64,000 bases of DNA. Source: Candidatus Tepidifontimicrobium thermophilum (GTDB lineage: Bacteria > Sysuimicrobiota > Sysuimicrobiia > Sysuimicrobiales > Sysuimicrobiaceae). Position numbers and translations under genes: made by a program. Of this stretch, positions 1 through 12,609 are shown one piece after another. The notes under the pieces were generated by a model that made no database searches, was not told the origin of the DNA, and was given only the letters and a program-made list of their open reading frames with translations. Location: NCBI GenBank assembly GCA_031459915.1, contig JAVKHO010000004.1, forward strand, positions 96,001 to 160,000, given 5' to 3'. Numbering within the stretch: the first letter of the stretch is position 1; the number at the start of each line of letters is the position of its first letter.

Positions 1-16
1 CATCGTGGAGGTACCC

Positions 17-1609
17 ATGAAGCTGGCCGACGCGCGGCCCACTCCGCTACCTTTCCCGGCCCACGGGGCGGTGTACTGGAACCTCACGGTACCCGAGCTG
101 GTGGAGCACGCCCTCAGGCGCCGGGAGGGGATGCTGGCGGAGGGGGGCGCATTCGTGGCCGTCACCGCGCCCCACACGGGCCGCTCCCCTCAGGACAAGT
201 TCGTGGTACGGGAGCCGGGGGTCGCAGACCAGATCTGGTGGGGTCCGGTCAACCAGCCCATGGAGCCGGAGGCCTTCGCGTCCCTGCGGGACCACGCCTT
301 CCGATGGGCGTCTACCCGCGACCTGTACGTGCAGGACGTGGCGGTATGCGCCCACCCCCGGTACCGGGTGTCCGTGAGGGTGATCACCGAGCTCGCATGG
401 CACAGCCTGTTCAGCCGCCACCTGTTCCTCAGGCCCGAGGGGGTACAGTCCGTCGTCCAGCCACCCGCGTTCACGGTCCTCTGCCTGCCCAGCTGCAAGG
501 CGGAGCCCTCCCGACACGGCACCCGGTCGGAGACCTTCATCGTCCTCAGCTTCACGCAGGGTCTGGTGCTCATCGGCGGCACCCTGTACGCGGGGGAGAT
601 CAAGAAGTCGGTGTTCACCCTGATGAACTACCTGCTGCCCCAGCGCGGGGTGGCGTCTATGCACTGCGCGGCCAACGTGGGGCCAGATGGACGGAGCGCG
701 CTCTTTTTCGGCCTTTCCGGCACCGGCAAGACCAGCCTGTCCACCGACCCCCAGAGGTACCTGGTGGGGGACGACGAACACGGCTGGGCGGACGACGGGA
801 TCTTCAACCTGGAAGGGGGCTGCTACGCCAAGGTGGTGCGACTTTCACCGGAGGCGGAGCCGGAGATCTACGCCACCACCCGACGGTTCGCCACGGTGCT
901 GGAGAACGTGGTGGTGGACCCGCTGACCCGGGAGCTGGACCTGCACGACGACCGCGTCACCGAGAACACCCGGGCCGCCTACCCCCTCAGCTACCTGTCC
1001 CAGGTGGTCCCGGACGGCCGCGCTGCGCACCCTACGGACGTGGTGTTCCTGACCGCGGACGCCTTCGGGGTGCTGCCCCCCATCGCCCGTCTGGACTACG
1101 ACCAGGCCCTGTACCACTTCCTGTCCGGTTACACCGCCAAGGTGGCGGGCACGGAGAAAGGGGTGCGGGACCCGCAGGCTACCTTCAGCGCGTGTTTCGG
1201 CGCCCCGTTTCTGCCTCTGCCGCCGGCCCGGTACGCGGAGCTGCTGGGCGACCGCCTGGAGCGGCACCGGGCCCGGGTGTGGCTGGTGAACACCGGCTGG
1301 ACCGCAGGGCCCTTCGGGGTCGGGCACCGGATCCCCATCCAGTACACCCGGGCCATGGTGCGGGCCGCCCTGTCGGGCGCCCTGGACGAGGTGTCGTACT
1401 GGGAGGAGCCGCGCTTCCGGCTCAAGGTCCCCGAGCGGGTGCCAGGCGTGCCCGCGGAGATCCTGGTCCCCCGGAACACCTGGCCGGACCCGCAGGCGTA
1501 CGACGAACAGGCCCGCAGGCTCGCCCGGATGTTCGCGCAGAACTTCGAACGGTTCGCGGGGCAGGTGCCGGTGGAAGTGCGGCGCGCGGGGCCGTTGGTG
1601 GACGGCTGA
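17..1609 (+). CDS. pckA: Phosphoenolpyruvate carboxykinase (ATP)
   Basis: TGRSPxDK, FFGLSGTGKT P-loop, GDDEHGW, NLEGGCYAK and ENTRAAYP motifs; GGAGG before ATG at 17. Confidence 0.97.
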   Translation: MKLADARPTPLPFPAHGAVYWNLTVPELVEHALRRREGMLAEGGAFVAVTAPHTGRSPQDKFVVREPGVADQIWWGPVNQPMEPEAFASLRDHAFRWASTRDLYVQDVAVCAHPRYRVSVRVITELAWHSLFSRHLFLRPEGVQSVVQPPAFTVLCLPSCKAEPSRHGTRSETFIVLSFTQGLVLIGGTLYAGEIKKSVFTLMNYLLPQRGVASMHCAANVGPDGRSALFFGLSGTGKTSLSTDPQRYLVGDDEHGWADDGIFNLEGGCYAKVVRLSPEAEPEIYATTRRFATVLENVVVDPLTRELDLHDDRVTENTRAAYPLSYLSQVVPDGRAAHPTDVVFLTADAFGVLPPIARLDYDQALYHFLSGYTAKVAGTEKGVRDPQATFSACFGAPFLPLPPARYAELLGDRLERHRARVWLVNTGWTAGPFGVGHRIPIQYTRAMVRAALSGALDEVSYWEEPRFRLKVPERVPGVPAEILVPRNTWPDPQAYDEQARRLARMFAQNFERFAGQVPVEVRRAGPLVDG

Positions 1610-1679
1610 GTCCTTTTACCGTCCCGTGACACGCCCCGGGGACGGTGGGGTGGGGCCCAGCAGGCCTCGGGGTGCAGGC

Positions 1680-2408
1680 TTGCAGCAGAAGGTCCTGGTG
1701 GTCGACGACGAGCCCCACATCGTGGAGCTCGTCCGCTACAACCTGGAGCGGGAGGGCTTCCAGGTCAGCGTGGCCTACGACGGCCACGAGGCGCTCCAGC
1801 GGGCGCGCGCGGAGCGGCCGGACCTCATCGTGCTGGACCTGATGCTCCCCTACGTGGACGGCCTGGAGGTGTGCAGGGCCCTCCGTCGGGAGAGTACGGT
1901 CCCCATCCTGATGCTCACCGCCAAGGACGGCGAGCTGGACCGGGTGCTGGGGCTGGAGACCGGCGCGGACGACTACGTCACCAAGCCCTTCAGCCCCCGG
2001 GAGCTGGTGGCCCGCGTGCGGGCGATCCTGCGGCGGGCGCGTCCCGAGTCCGCGGCGGGAGCGGGTCAGCCTCAGCTGGTGGCGGGTGACCTGGTTCTGG
2101 ATCCCAACACCCGCGAGGTCTTCCTGGCGGGCCGTCCTGTAGACCTCACCACGAAGGAGTTCGACCTCCTGCGGCTGCTCATGGCCCACCCGAACCGGGT
2201 GTTCACGCGGGACGCGCTCCTGGAGCACGTGTGGGGCTACGACTACTTAGGGAGTACCCGGACCGTGGACATGCACATCAGCCGGCTCCGGGACAAGATC
2301 GAGGACGACCCCGCCTCGCCCACCTACATCGTCACGGTCCGGGGGGTGGGCTACAAGTTCAAGGTCCCGGAAGCCGGCCGGAAGACTCGGAGGCCCGGCA
2401 CCCGTTGA
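1680..2408 (+). CDS. OmpR/PhoB-family response regulator
   Basis: VVDDE, LDLMLP, GADDYVTKPFS and C-terminal winged helix RTVDMHISRLRDKIE...TVRGVGY; start uncertain (1626 or TTG 1680). Confidence 0.93.
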   Translation: MQQKVLVVDDEPHIVELVRYNLEREGFQVSVAYDGHEALQRARAERPDLIVLDLMLPYVDGLEVCRALRRESTVPILMLTAKDGELDRVLGLETGADDYVTKPFSPRELVARVRAILRRARPESAAGAGQPQLVAGDLVLDPNTREVFLAGRPVDLTTKEFDLLRLLMAHPNRVFTRDALLEHVWGYDYLGSTRTVDMHISRLRDKIEDDPASPTYIVTVRGVGYKFKVPEAGRKTRRPGTR

Positions 2409-4171
2409 GCCTGCAGGCCCGGCTGCTCGGCAGCTACGTGGCGGTGGTGGCGCTGGCGCTGCTGGTGGCCGGGGCCTACGCGGTCCGGCAGATCGAGCAG
2501 CGGTACACCCGCGCGTACGCCCTCAGCCTCGAAGCTCAGGCTCGTGTCATCGCCCAGGCGGTGCGGCCGCACCTGGCCGAGGGCCGCGAGTTCCGGGCTG
2601 TAGAGCAGCTGGCGAAGGTGTACGAGTGGCGTCAGGGCGTGTACGTGGGCATCCGGGACCCCCGAGGCGCCAAGCCGCACCTGGGCGCAGACCAGCCCCC
2701 GCCGCCCCCCGAAGTCCTCCAGGCCCTGCAGGGGCAGGTGGCCACCTCCCAGCGCTGGGACGAATGGACCCAGGAGGTCCGGATCTTCGCAGCCGCCCCC
2801 GTGGTGGACGGCGGCCGTCTGATCGGCGTGGTGCACGTGTCCGCGCCGAGGCTGTGGGTGGAGCGCCAGCTCCAGCAGATCTGGTGGGCTTTCGCGGCCG
2901 CGGGGGCCCTGGCCCTGGCCACCGGGACCTTCCTCGGCCTGCGGATCAGCCGGTCCGTGACCCGGCCTCTCCGGGAGCTGGAGCAGGGCGCCCAGGCCAT
3001 CAGCCGGGGGGAGTACGGCCGGCAGGTCCCCGTCTACGGTGCGGACGAGGTGGGGCGGCTCGCGGAGGCCTTCAACCGCATGGCCCAGCAGCTGGCCCAG
3101 ACCATCGATCGGATCCGGGAAGAACGCAACCGCATGGAGGCAGTCCTCTCTAGCCTGCGGGACGCGGTGGTGGCCGTGGGGCCCGGCGGCGAGGTGCTGC
3201 TGGCGAACCGATCCGCGGAGGAGCTCCTCGGCGTCGGGCCGGAGGCCCTCGGACGGCCCCTGCGGGAGGTGGTGCAGCTTCCCGCCCTGGCCCAGCTGCT
3301 GGAAGCCGCGGCCCGTGGGCAGGAACAGTCAGAGGAGCTGGCGCTGCCCGGCGGCAGGGTGGTGGAGGTGACCTGTAGCCCCATCCGCGGCAACGCCCAG
3401 CCCGCAGGCGCGGTGGCGGTGGTCCGGGACGTCACGGAGCTGCGACGGTCCGAGCGGCTGCGCCGGGAGCTGGTGGCCAACGTGTCCCACGAGCTGCGCA
3501 CGCCCCTCACGTCCATCAAGGGGTTCGCGGAGACCCTCCTGGCGGGAGCCCTTCGCGACGAGCAGAACAGCCGGCGGTTTTTGGAGATCATCGAGGCCGA
3601 GACCAACCGACTCACCAAGCTGGTGGACGACCTGCTGGAGCTCTCGCGGCTGGAGTCTAAAGGGGTCACCTTCCGCCTCCAGCCTGTGGACCTCGGGGAG
3701 CTGTGCCGAGCCCTGGTGGGCCGTCAGCAACCTCGGGCGGAACGTGCAGGGGTGGAGCTCACCTGCTCCGCGGAACCCGGCGCCGTGGTGCTGGCGGACC
3801 CGGACCGTGTAGAGCAGGTGCTCACCAACCTGGTGGACAACGCCCTCAAGTTCACCCCCGAGGGCGGGCGCATCCACGTGCAGGTCGGTCGCCAGGGCTC
3901 GGAGATCTGGGTCTCGGTGGCGGACACCGGCCGGGGCATCCCCCCTGACGACCTGCCGCACGTGTTCGAACGCTTCTACCGCGCGGACCGCTCCCGCACC
4001 CGCACCAGCGGAGGCTCCGGCCTGGGCTTGGCCATCGCCAAGCACCTGGTGGAGATGCAGGGCGGCCGGATCTGGGCGGAGAGCAGGCCCGGTCATGGCA
4101 GCGTCTTCTCCTTCGCCCTCCCCCTGCTCCCCGCAACCGCACACCCTTCCGCCGAACGCAGAGAAGCCTGA
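2405..4171 (+). CDS. PhoR/WalK-like sensor histidine kinase (2 TM, HAMP, PAS, HisKA, HATPase)
   Basis: NVSHELRTPLTSIKGF H-box, NLVDNALKF, DTGRGI, GSGLGLAI; TTG start overlaps the regulator stop. Confidence 0.93.
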   Translation: MSLQARLLGSYVAVVALALLVAGAYAVRQIEQRYTRAYALSLEAQARVIAQAVRPHLAEGREFRAVEQLAKVYEWRQGVYVGIRDPRGAKPHLGADQPPPPPEVLQALQGQVATSQRWDEWTQEVRIFAAAPVVDGGRLIGVVHVSAPRLWVERQLQQIWWAFAAAGALALATGTFLGLRISRSVTRPLRELEQGAQAISRGEYGRQVPVYGADEVGRLAEAFNRMAQQLAQTIDRIREERNRMEAVLSSLRDAVVAVGPGGEVLLANRSAEELLGVGPEALGRPLREVVQLPALAQLLEAAARGQEQSEELALPGGRVVEVTCSPIRGNAQPAGAVAVVRDVTELRRSERLRRELVANVSHELRTPLTSIKGFAETLLAGALRDEQNSRRFLEIIEAETNRLTKLVDDLLELSRLESKGVTFRLQPVDLGELCRALVGRQQPRAERAGVELTCSAEPGAVVLADPDRVEQVLTNLVDNALKFTPEGGRIHVQVGRQGSEIWVSVADTGRGIPPDDLPHVFERFYRADRSRTRTSGGSGLGLAIAKHLVEMQGGRIWAESRPGHGSVFSFALPLLPATAHPSAERREA

Positions 4172-4190
4172 CCGCGGACATCCGATTTTC

Positions 4191-4228
4191 TTGACAGCGA
4201 CTGCAACCGGTGCGACGGTTGCGACGAG
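4191..4228 (+). promoter_or_regulatory. Putative cox operon promoter with three 9-bp direct repeats and an inverted repeat
   Basis: TTGACA 4191-4196; TGCAACCGG/TGCGACGGT/TGCGACGAG at 4202, 4211, 4220; GCAACCG-N6-CGGTTGC 4203-4222. Confidence 0.6.
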
Positions 4229-4237
4229 CCGGGCGCC

Positions 4238-5383
4238 ATGGCCGACCGCGACGAGTACCTCACGGTGCCGGAAGTCGCCCAGCTGCTCCGGGTGCACCGC
4301 GCCACCGTGTGGCGCTGGATCGTGGCGGGCAAGCTGCCCGCGGTCCGGCTGGGGGACCGGACGCTGCGGGTGCGCGGCGACGACGTGGCGGGTTTGCTGC
4401 GGCCGGCGGCGACGACCAAGCGGGCATCGGGGGTGCCACGGCAGCCGCCCGCAGCGGCGCCAGAGTTCGGATCGTGCTGGGCCGTGCTGTCCGCCACAGG
4501 GGGGAGGGGAGCCGGGATGTACCCGCCCAGGTTCGACTACGCGGTCGCCGCCAGCCTCGACGAAGCTGTCGAACAGCTCGCCCGATACGGGGACGACGCC
4601 AAGGTTCTCGCCGGGGGCCAGAGCCTCATCCCGCTGATGAAACTGCGCTTCGCACAGCCCGCGCGGTTGGTGGACATCAACCGCCTCACGGACCTGAGGT
4701 ACCTGCACGAGGAGGCAGAAGGCCTGCGGGTCGGCGCCCTCTGCCGCCACCGGGACGTCGAACGGTCCGAGTGGCTCCGGGCCCGCTACCCCACCCTCGC
4801 GGCGTGCGCACCGCAGGTGGCGGACCCCCTGGTCCGCAACCTCGGGACGCTGGCGGGCAGCCTCTGCCACGCGGATCCGCAGGGGGACTGGGGAGCGGTG
4901 GCCGTCGCCCTGGAGGCCCAGCTGGTCGCCCGCAGTGCCCGGGGCCAACGGACCCTCCCCGCCACCGGGTTCTTCCTGGGCCCCCTCACTACGGCTCTGC
5001 GGCCCGACGAGCTGGTTACCGAAGTCCGCTTTCCCGCGCCCAAGGGCCATGCCTTCGGCACCTACCTGAAACTGGAGCGCAAGGTCGGGGACTTCGCCAC
5101 CGTGGGGGTGGCGGTGTTCGTAGACCTGCAGGACGGGCGGGTAACCCGCGCGGGCATCGGGTTGGCCGCGGTGGGCCCTACCTACGTGAAGGCCCGCGCC
5201 GCTGAGTCCCTCCTGGTGGGCAACGCCCTGACGGATGCTCTGGTGACGGAGGCAGCCATCAAGGCCGCGGAGGAGGCGGACCCTGCCAGCGACCACCGGG
5301 GCAGCGCCCACTACAAGCGCCAGGTGGTTCGCGTGTTCGTGGGGCGGGCGCTCCGCCAAGCCATGGCCGCACACGCCGCGTGA
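4238..5383 (+). CDS. coxM: CO dehydrogenase medium (FAD) subunit with an in-frame N-terminal excisionase-type HTH; internal start at 4517
   Basis: [29 protein letters not shown], then MYPPRFDY...[14 protein letters not shown]...[15 protein letters not shown]. Confidence 0.88.
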   Translation: MADRDEYLTVPEVAQLLRVHRATVWRWIVAGKLPAVRLGDRTLRVRGDDVAGLLRPAATTKRASGVPRQPPAAAPEFGSCWAVLSATGGRGAGMYPPRFDYAVAASLDEAVEQLARYGDDAKVLAGGQSLIPLMKLRFAQPARLVDINRLTDLRYLHEEAEGLRVGALCRHRDVERSEWLRARYPTLAACAPQVADPLVRNLGTLAGSLCHADPQGDWGAVAVALEAQLVARSARGQRTLPATGFFLGPLTTALRPDELVTEVRFPAPKGHAFGTYLKLERKVGDFATVGVAVFVDLQDGRVTRAGIGLAAVGPTYVKARAAESLLVGNALTDALVTEAAIKAAEEADPASDHRGSAHYKRQVVRVFVGRALRQAMAAHAA

Positions 5384-5393
5384 GGAGGTTGCC

Positions 5394-5882
5394 ATGGAGC
5401 ACAGGATCACGGTCACCGTGAACGGCGTGCCCTACACCGCAGAGGTCGAGCCCCGCCTTCTGCTGGTCCACTTCCTCCGCGAGACGCTGAACCTCACGGG
5501 CACCCACATCGGCTGCGACACCACATCCTGCGGGGCGTGCGCGGTGCTGCTGGACGGCCTCCCTATCAAGTCCTGCACCTTCCTCGCGGTGCAGGCGGAC
5601 GGCCACAGCGTCACCACGGTGGAGGGACTGGCCCGGGACGGCCACCTGCACCCCATCCAGCAGGGCTTTAAGGAGGAACATGGGCTGCAGTGCGGGTTCT
5701 GCACGCCAGGGATGATGCTGGTGGCGAAAGCCCTGTTGGAGGAGAACCCGGATCCTACAGAGGAGCAGATCCGGTGGGCCATCTCCGGCAACCTGTGCCG
5801 GTGCACGGGCTACCAGAACATCGTGAAGGCCATCCAGTGGGCCGCTCGGCGGCTGCGCGAGCCGGCCCCCGCGGGGAGGTGA
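5394..5882 (+). CDS. coxS: CO dehydrogenase small (2Fe-2S) subunit
   Basis: [27 protein letters not shown]; lies between coxM and coxL. Confidence 0.93.
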   Translation: MEHRITVTVNGVPYTAEVEPRLLLVHFLRETLNLTGTHIGCDTTSCGACAVLLDGLPIKSCTFLAVQADGHSVTTVEGLARDGHLHPIQQGFKEEHGLQCGFCTPGMMLVAKALLEENPDPTEEQIRWAISGNLCRCTGYQNIVKAIQWAARRLREPAPAGR

Positions 5883-5886
5883 GGGC

Positions 5887-8238
<2,352 letters not shown>

Positions 8239-8240
8239 CC

Positions 8241-9266
8241 ATGCGATGGGAAGTGGAACGCCGCGCGGAGGAGCTGCGCCGGCAGGGCCAGCCCTTCGTG
8301 CTGGCCACGGTGGTGCGGGTCGAAAGGCCCGCGTCCACACGCCCGGGAGACCGGGCCCTGGTGACCCCGGACGGCCGACTGGAGGGATGGGTGGGGGGCG
8401 CCTGCTCCGAGCCCGTGGTCGTGCGCGAGGCCCTGCGGGCCCTGGTGGACCGACAGGCGAGGCTGGTCCGGATCGCGCCTGAAGCGGGCGGCGCCTCGGA
8501 GGGCTGGGTGTCCGCGGTCACCACGTGCCCGTCGGGCGGCACAGTGGAGCTGTTCCTGGAGCCGGTGGAGCCCGACCCGCACCTCGTGGTGTTCGGCGAG
8601 AGCCTCGTGGCCCGGACCCTGGTCCGGCTTGCCAGGACGGTAGGCTACCGTGTCACCTCCGTGGTGGGCGCTGAGAGTGTGGGCGCCGACGCGGACGCTC
8701 TGTTCGTACGAGCCCTTCCGTCCGCAGCCACGTCCAGCGTGGACGGGGCCGTGGTGGCCACCATGGGTCACTGGGACGAAGAGGCGCTCGCCGAGGCGCT
8801 GCGCACGCCCGCGGGGTACGTCGCCCTGGTGGCGAGCCGCCGCCGGGCTTCCTCGGTCCTGAACGAGCTGCGGCGTCGAGGGTTCCGGGAGGAGGACCTG
8901 GCCCGGGTGCGGGCTCCCGCAGGCCTGGACCTGGGGTCCCCTAGCCAGGAGGAGATCGCCCTGGCGGTGCTGGCGGAGTTCACGCAGCTGCGCCGGGCGC
9001 CAACCAGCCGCCCGCACCCCCTTCTACCCGAGGAAGCCACGGACCCCGTGTGCGGGATGACGGTGAGCGTCCGGGGCGCCCTGCACACGTACGCCCACCG
9101 GGGCACCACGTACTATTTCTGTTGCCCCCATTGCCGGGAGCAGTTCGCCCTGGATCCGGACCGCTACCTGGCGCAGCCCGCGGACACGGCTCACACAGGC
9201 GGCTGGAACCGACCGTCCACCGCGGTCCAGCCGCCGTCCACCACCAGCACCGACCCGGTCACGTAG
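8241..9266 (+). CDS. XdhC/CoxF-family Moco insertion accessory protein with C-terminal YHS/TRASH domain
   Basis: GWVGGACSE, CPSGGTVELF, PAGLDLG..S.EEIA; DPVCGM...YYFCCPHC; ATG 2 nt after the coxL stop. Confidence 0.85.
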   Translation: MRWEVERRAEELRRQGQPFVLATVVRVERPASTRPGDRALVTPDGRLEGWVGGACSEPVVVREALRALVDRQARLVRIAPEAGGASEGWVSAVTTCPSGGTVELFLEPVEPDPHLVVFGESLVARTLVRLARTVGYRVTSVVGAESVGADADALFVRALPSAATSSVDGAVVATMGHWDEEALAEALRTPAGYVALVASRRRASSVLNELRRRGFREEDLARVRAPAGLDLGSPSQEEIALAVLAEFTQLRRAPTSRPHPLLPEEATDPVCGMTVSVRGALHTYAHRGTTYYFCCPHCREQFALDPDRYLAQPADTAHTGGWNRPSTAVQPPSTTSTDPVT

Positions 9267-9982
9267 CTGGCGGCGTCCGAGGCCAGGAACACCACGGCGC
9301 CCGCGATCTCCTCCGGCCTGGCCCACCGGCCCAGGGCGGGCTTTTCCGCGTACGCCCGGTACCACGCGGGGTCCCGCTGGATCGGCGCGGTCAGCGGGGT
9401 TTCCACGATCCCCGGGGCCACCGCGTTCACCCGTACCCCGAAAGGCCCCAGCTCCGCGGCCAGGGCCCGGGCCAGCTGCACCACGCCCGCCTTCGTGGCC
9501 GCGTACACCCCCTGCCCGGGCTCCACCACCTGCGCGCGGATGGAAGCCAGGACCACGATGCTGCCGCGGCCCTGCTCCGACATCACACGTCCTGCCGCAC
9601 GCAGCACGTGGAAGGTGCCCTTGAGGTTGACCGCCACCACCCGGTCGAACTCCTCGTCCCCGTACTGGACTAGGGGCTTGCGCACGTTGATCCCCGGCGT
9701 CACCACCACCGCGTCCAGGGACTCCCACCGCCTGCGGACTTCGTCCACCAACGCCGCCGTGGCGGCAGGGTCCGTGGCGTCCACGTAGAACGCCTCCGAG
9801 CGCCCGCCGGCCCGGCGGATGGCTTCCGCCGTAGCGCGGGCCGCGTCCTCGCGGACGTCCGCGCACGCCACCAGAGCGCCGTGCGCGGCCAGAGCCTCCG
9901 CGGCGGCAGCCCCGATCCCGGAGCCCGCACCCACTACCAGCGCCACGCGCCCGTCCAGTCGGAACATCCGGCTGTAGTCCAA
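9191..9982 (-). CDS. Short-chain dehydrogenase/reductase
   Basis: GAGSGIG, YAATK, VRVNAVAPG, YVTG..LVVDGG. Confidence 0.93.
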   Translation of the reverse strand: MDYSRMFRLDGRVALVVGAGSGIGAAAAEALAAHGALVACADVREDAARATAEAIRRAGGRSEAFYVDATDPAATAALVDEVRRRWESLDAVVVTPGINVRKPLVQYGDEEFDRVVAVNLKGTFHVLRAAGRVMSEQGRGSIVVLASIRAQVVEPGQGVYAATKAGVVQLARALAAELGPFGVRVNAVAPGIVETPLTAPIQRDPAWYRAYAEKPALGRWARPEEIAGAVVFLASDAASYVTGSVLVVDGGWTAVDGRFQPPV

Positions 9983-10041
9983 ACCCCTGACCTCCTTCCG
10001 TGCGAGCCTCCGGCGAAGGCACGCGTGCCCCGCACGGCGAC

Positions 10042-11295
10042 TTACCCGCCCAGGGCGTACACCACCGCGGCCGCGTAGATGCGCGCAGCCTCCACGAGCT
10101 CGTCCACGTCCACGTACTCGTCCACCTGGTGCGGGACCTCACGCTTGCCGGGGCCCAGCACCACCACGGGCAGTCCGGCCCACGCCTGCAGGAACGTGCC
10201 GTCGGTGCATCCCGGGACGCCGCCGTACCGGGGCTCCCGGCCTGTCACCAGCCGCACCGCCCGGTCCACGGCCTGCACCACCGGCGCGTCCCGCGGGGTC
10301 TCCGTCCACGGCCGGTCCTCGACCAGCTCCGTGCGGGCCTCCACGCCCTCCTCAGCTGCCGCGGCCCGTTCCGCGAGGTCCTGTAGCGCCGCGAGAAGGG
10401 CTCCGTGGTCCTGACCGGGCACCGTCCGCAGGTCCACGGTGACGTGCGCTTCTCCTGCCATCACGTTGAACTGGGCGTCCCCGTAAGCCGGCGCGCGGAC
10501 GGTGGTGGGCGTGATCCACGGAAGGCCCAACAGAGGGTGGGCGCCGGTGCGGCGCTGCTCCGCCGCCTGCAGCTCGGACAGCGCCAGGACGAAGCGTGCG
10601 GCCGCGGGCAGCGGGTTCGCCCCCGCGTAGGGCATCGCCCCGTGCGCCTGCCTGCCCCGGAAGACGGCCAGCACCCGCAACGCGCCCTTCTGCGCCAGAC
10701 ACACCTCGTTCTCTTCCGGCTCGCAGACTACGGCCCCGTCAAAACCGTCTGCCAGCCCTGCCCGCACGAAGGCCTTGACTCCCTCCATCATCCCTTCTTC
10801 GTCCACGAGGGCCGCCAGCCGGACCCGACCCCGGAGCCCGCGCCCCGCCTGCCGCACCGCGTCCAGGGCCACCACCGCGGCCGCCAGCCCTCCCTTCATG
10901 TCGCACGCGCCGCGGCCGTACAGGCGGCCGCCCACCACCTCCCCTCCGAAGGGGTCGTACGACCAAGCGCTCCGGTCGCCCTCCGTGACCACGTCCGTGT
11001 GCCCCTCCACGATGAGCCCGAAGCCCGGCTCGCCCGTGTCCCAGTCCGCCACCACGTTGGGCCGGCCGGGTGCTGCCTCCTGCACGGACACGGTCCACCC
11101 GCGGCGCTCCAGCTCCTCCGCGAGGAAGGCGGCCACCTGAGCCTCGTTGGCCCGCGGGTCGCCCGGCCGGACCACGCTGGGGATGCGGATCAAGCGCCGG
11201 GCCAGCTCCACCACCTGCGCCGGGTCCACCGCGGCGGCGACCCGCCGCGCCTGTTCATCCAGGGGAGCTCTCTCCGACATCCAGGCCAGCTCCAT
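10042..11295 (-). CDS. M20 family metallopeptidase/deacylase (ArgE/DapE-like)
   Basis: GHTDVV, GRGACDMKGG, DEE, GPG....HQVDE. Confidence 0.9.
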   Translation of the reverse strand: MELAWMSERAPLDEQARRVAAAVDPAQVVELARRLIRIPSVVRPGDPRANEAQVAAFLAEELERRGWTVSVQEAAPGRPNVVADWDTGEPGFGLIVEGHTDVVTEGDRSAWSYDPFGGEVVGGRLYGRGACDMKGGLAAAVVALDAVRQAGRGLRGRVRLAALVDEEGMMEGVKAFVRAGLADGFDGAVVCEPEENEVCLAQKGALRVLAVFRGRQAHGAMPYAGANPLPAAARFVLALSELQAAEQRRTGAHPLLGLPWITPTTVRAPAYGDAQFNVMAGEAHVTVDLRTVPGQDHGALLAALQDLAERAAAAEEGVEARTELVEDRPWTETPRDAPVVQAVDRAVRLVTGREPRYGGVPGCTDGTFLQAWAGLPVVVLGPGKREVPHQVDEYVDVDELVEAARIYAAAVVYALGG

Positions 11296-11379
11296 CTCCG
11301 GAGGGCGATGCCACCGTCTTCCACACCGGTCCGCTCCGCCCCTCCCGCAGGGGGAAAGCCCCTCGTCTTCCCGGGAGCT

Positions 11380-12492
11380 TCAGCCGGCCTCGTCCTCGGA
11401 AAGGAGCGGGAGCGACACGGGCGCTTTCTTCCGGGCCGACAGGTCGAAGGCCTTGCTCACCATGAGACGGTGGTGGGCCTCCGCCGCCGTGGCGTGGGGC
11501 GTCGACACGCCCGTGGAGACGCGATCCAGCCAGGCCACGGTCTCGTCCCGCATGGGCCCCCACAGCTCGCCGAACGCCACGTCACCGGGCGGGTAGCTGC
11601 CCAGGAAGTCCACCAGCCGGCTCTCGTGGGGGTTGTAGCCCTCCATCTGCGGGGCGCTGACGGCCAGGACCACGTCCCGGTGGGTGTCGTCCACCGTCAG
11701 GACCCCTTCGGTCCCCACGATGCCTACCTCGACGCTGTACACCGCCCCCGGCCACGTGACCGGCAAAGCCCAGGACACCGCCATGTGCAGCAGGGTCCCG
11801 TCGTCGAAGACCACCGTCCCCACCGTGGCGTCGATGCCCGAGTATAGGGGGCCCAGCACCCGGTCCACCGCCCGGGCGTGGACCTCCACGGCGGTCTTCC
11901 CCTCCAGGAACCACAGGCACAGGTCCAGGGCGTGGGTTCCGGAGATGACCATGGGGGAAATCCGGGTCGGGTCGTCCGTCCTCCGGTAGTTGTCCAGCGC
12001 CACCAGCCGGTTCAGGAAAGCGCGGGCGGTGACGAGGGTGACCTCCCCCAGGGCTCCCGTCCGGCACTTCTCCTTCGCCGCAAGCCACCTGCGCCGGAAC
12101 CGCTGGGTGTAACCCACTACCGCGTCGACGCCGGACTCCTCGATGGCCCGGAGGATCCGCGCGGAGTCCCGGAGGGTGGTGGCCAAAGGCTTCTCCACCA
12201 ATAACGGCAGCCGCCGCTCCACCGCGGCGAGGACGGGGTCCGCGTGCAGGTGCTCGTCCGTGGCCACCACCACGCAGGTGACCTCGGGGCGTGCCAGCAG
12301 CTCCCGGAAGTCCGTGGTCACGTAGTCGGCGCCGATGCGCTGCGCCAGCGCCTCTCCGCGTTCGGGGACCCGCTCCGCCAGCCCGATCCAGTCCACCGCG
12401 GGGTGCCGGGCCGCGATCTGCGCCCGGAACGTCCCCACGCGCCCCGCCCCTACCACCGCGACCCCGAGCCGCCGTACGGTCTTCCCCCGCAT
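11380..12492 (-). CDS. Gfo/Idh/MocA-family oxidoreductase
   Basis: VVGAGRVG Rossmann motif, VEKPLA, GTHALD. Confidence 0.88.
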   Translation of the reverse strand: MRGKTVRRLGVAVVGAGRVGTFRAQIAARHPAVDWIGLAERVPERGEALAQRIGADYVTTDFRELLARPEVTCVVVATDEHLHADPVLAAVERRLPLLVEKPLATTLRDSARILRAIEESGVDAVVGYTQRFRRRWLAAKEKCRTGALGEVTLVTARAFLNRLVALDNYRRTDDPTRISPMVISGTHALDLCLWFLEGKTAVEVHARAVDRVLGPLYSGIDATVGTVVFDDGTLLHMAVSWALPVTWPGAVYSVEVGIVGTEGVLTVDDTHRDVVLAVSAPQMEGYNPHESRLVDFLGSYPPGDVAFGELWGPMRDETVAWLDRVSTGVSTPHATAAEAHHRLMVSKAFDLSARKKAPVSLPLLSEDEAG

Positions 12493-12570
12493 CCCTGCCT
12501 CCTCGCTGACCCCGTGTCAGATTTCGACGTTCACGCCCGCCAGTGTACCAGGCTTCCCTCGGCCCGCGGT

Positions 12571-12599
12571 TTGACGGCCGTCCCGGGCGGCCGTAGAAT
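12571..12599 (+). promoter_or_regulatory. Sigma70-type promoter of tRNA-Ile
   Basis: TTGACG-N17-TAGAAT ending 10 nt before the tRNA. Confidence 0.8.
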
Positions 12600-12609
12600 A
12601 CGGTGTCGC

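Noticed and set aside
4238..4420. Excisionase of a mobile element
   Set aside because: No integrase or att context; it reads into coxM and fits a regulatory HTH better
9191..9266. 76-bp convergent overlap of XdhC-YHS and SDR as a functional feature
   Set aside because: The extra tail is simply antisense to the SDR end; late stop codons are common in GC-rich genomes
11296..11379. Intergenic hairpins and a repeated CGTCTTCC (11315, 11364) as a riboswitch
   Set aside because: No recognisable aptamer consensus; short GC-rich stems are expected by chance
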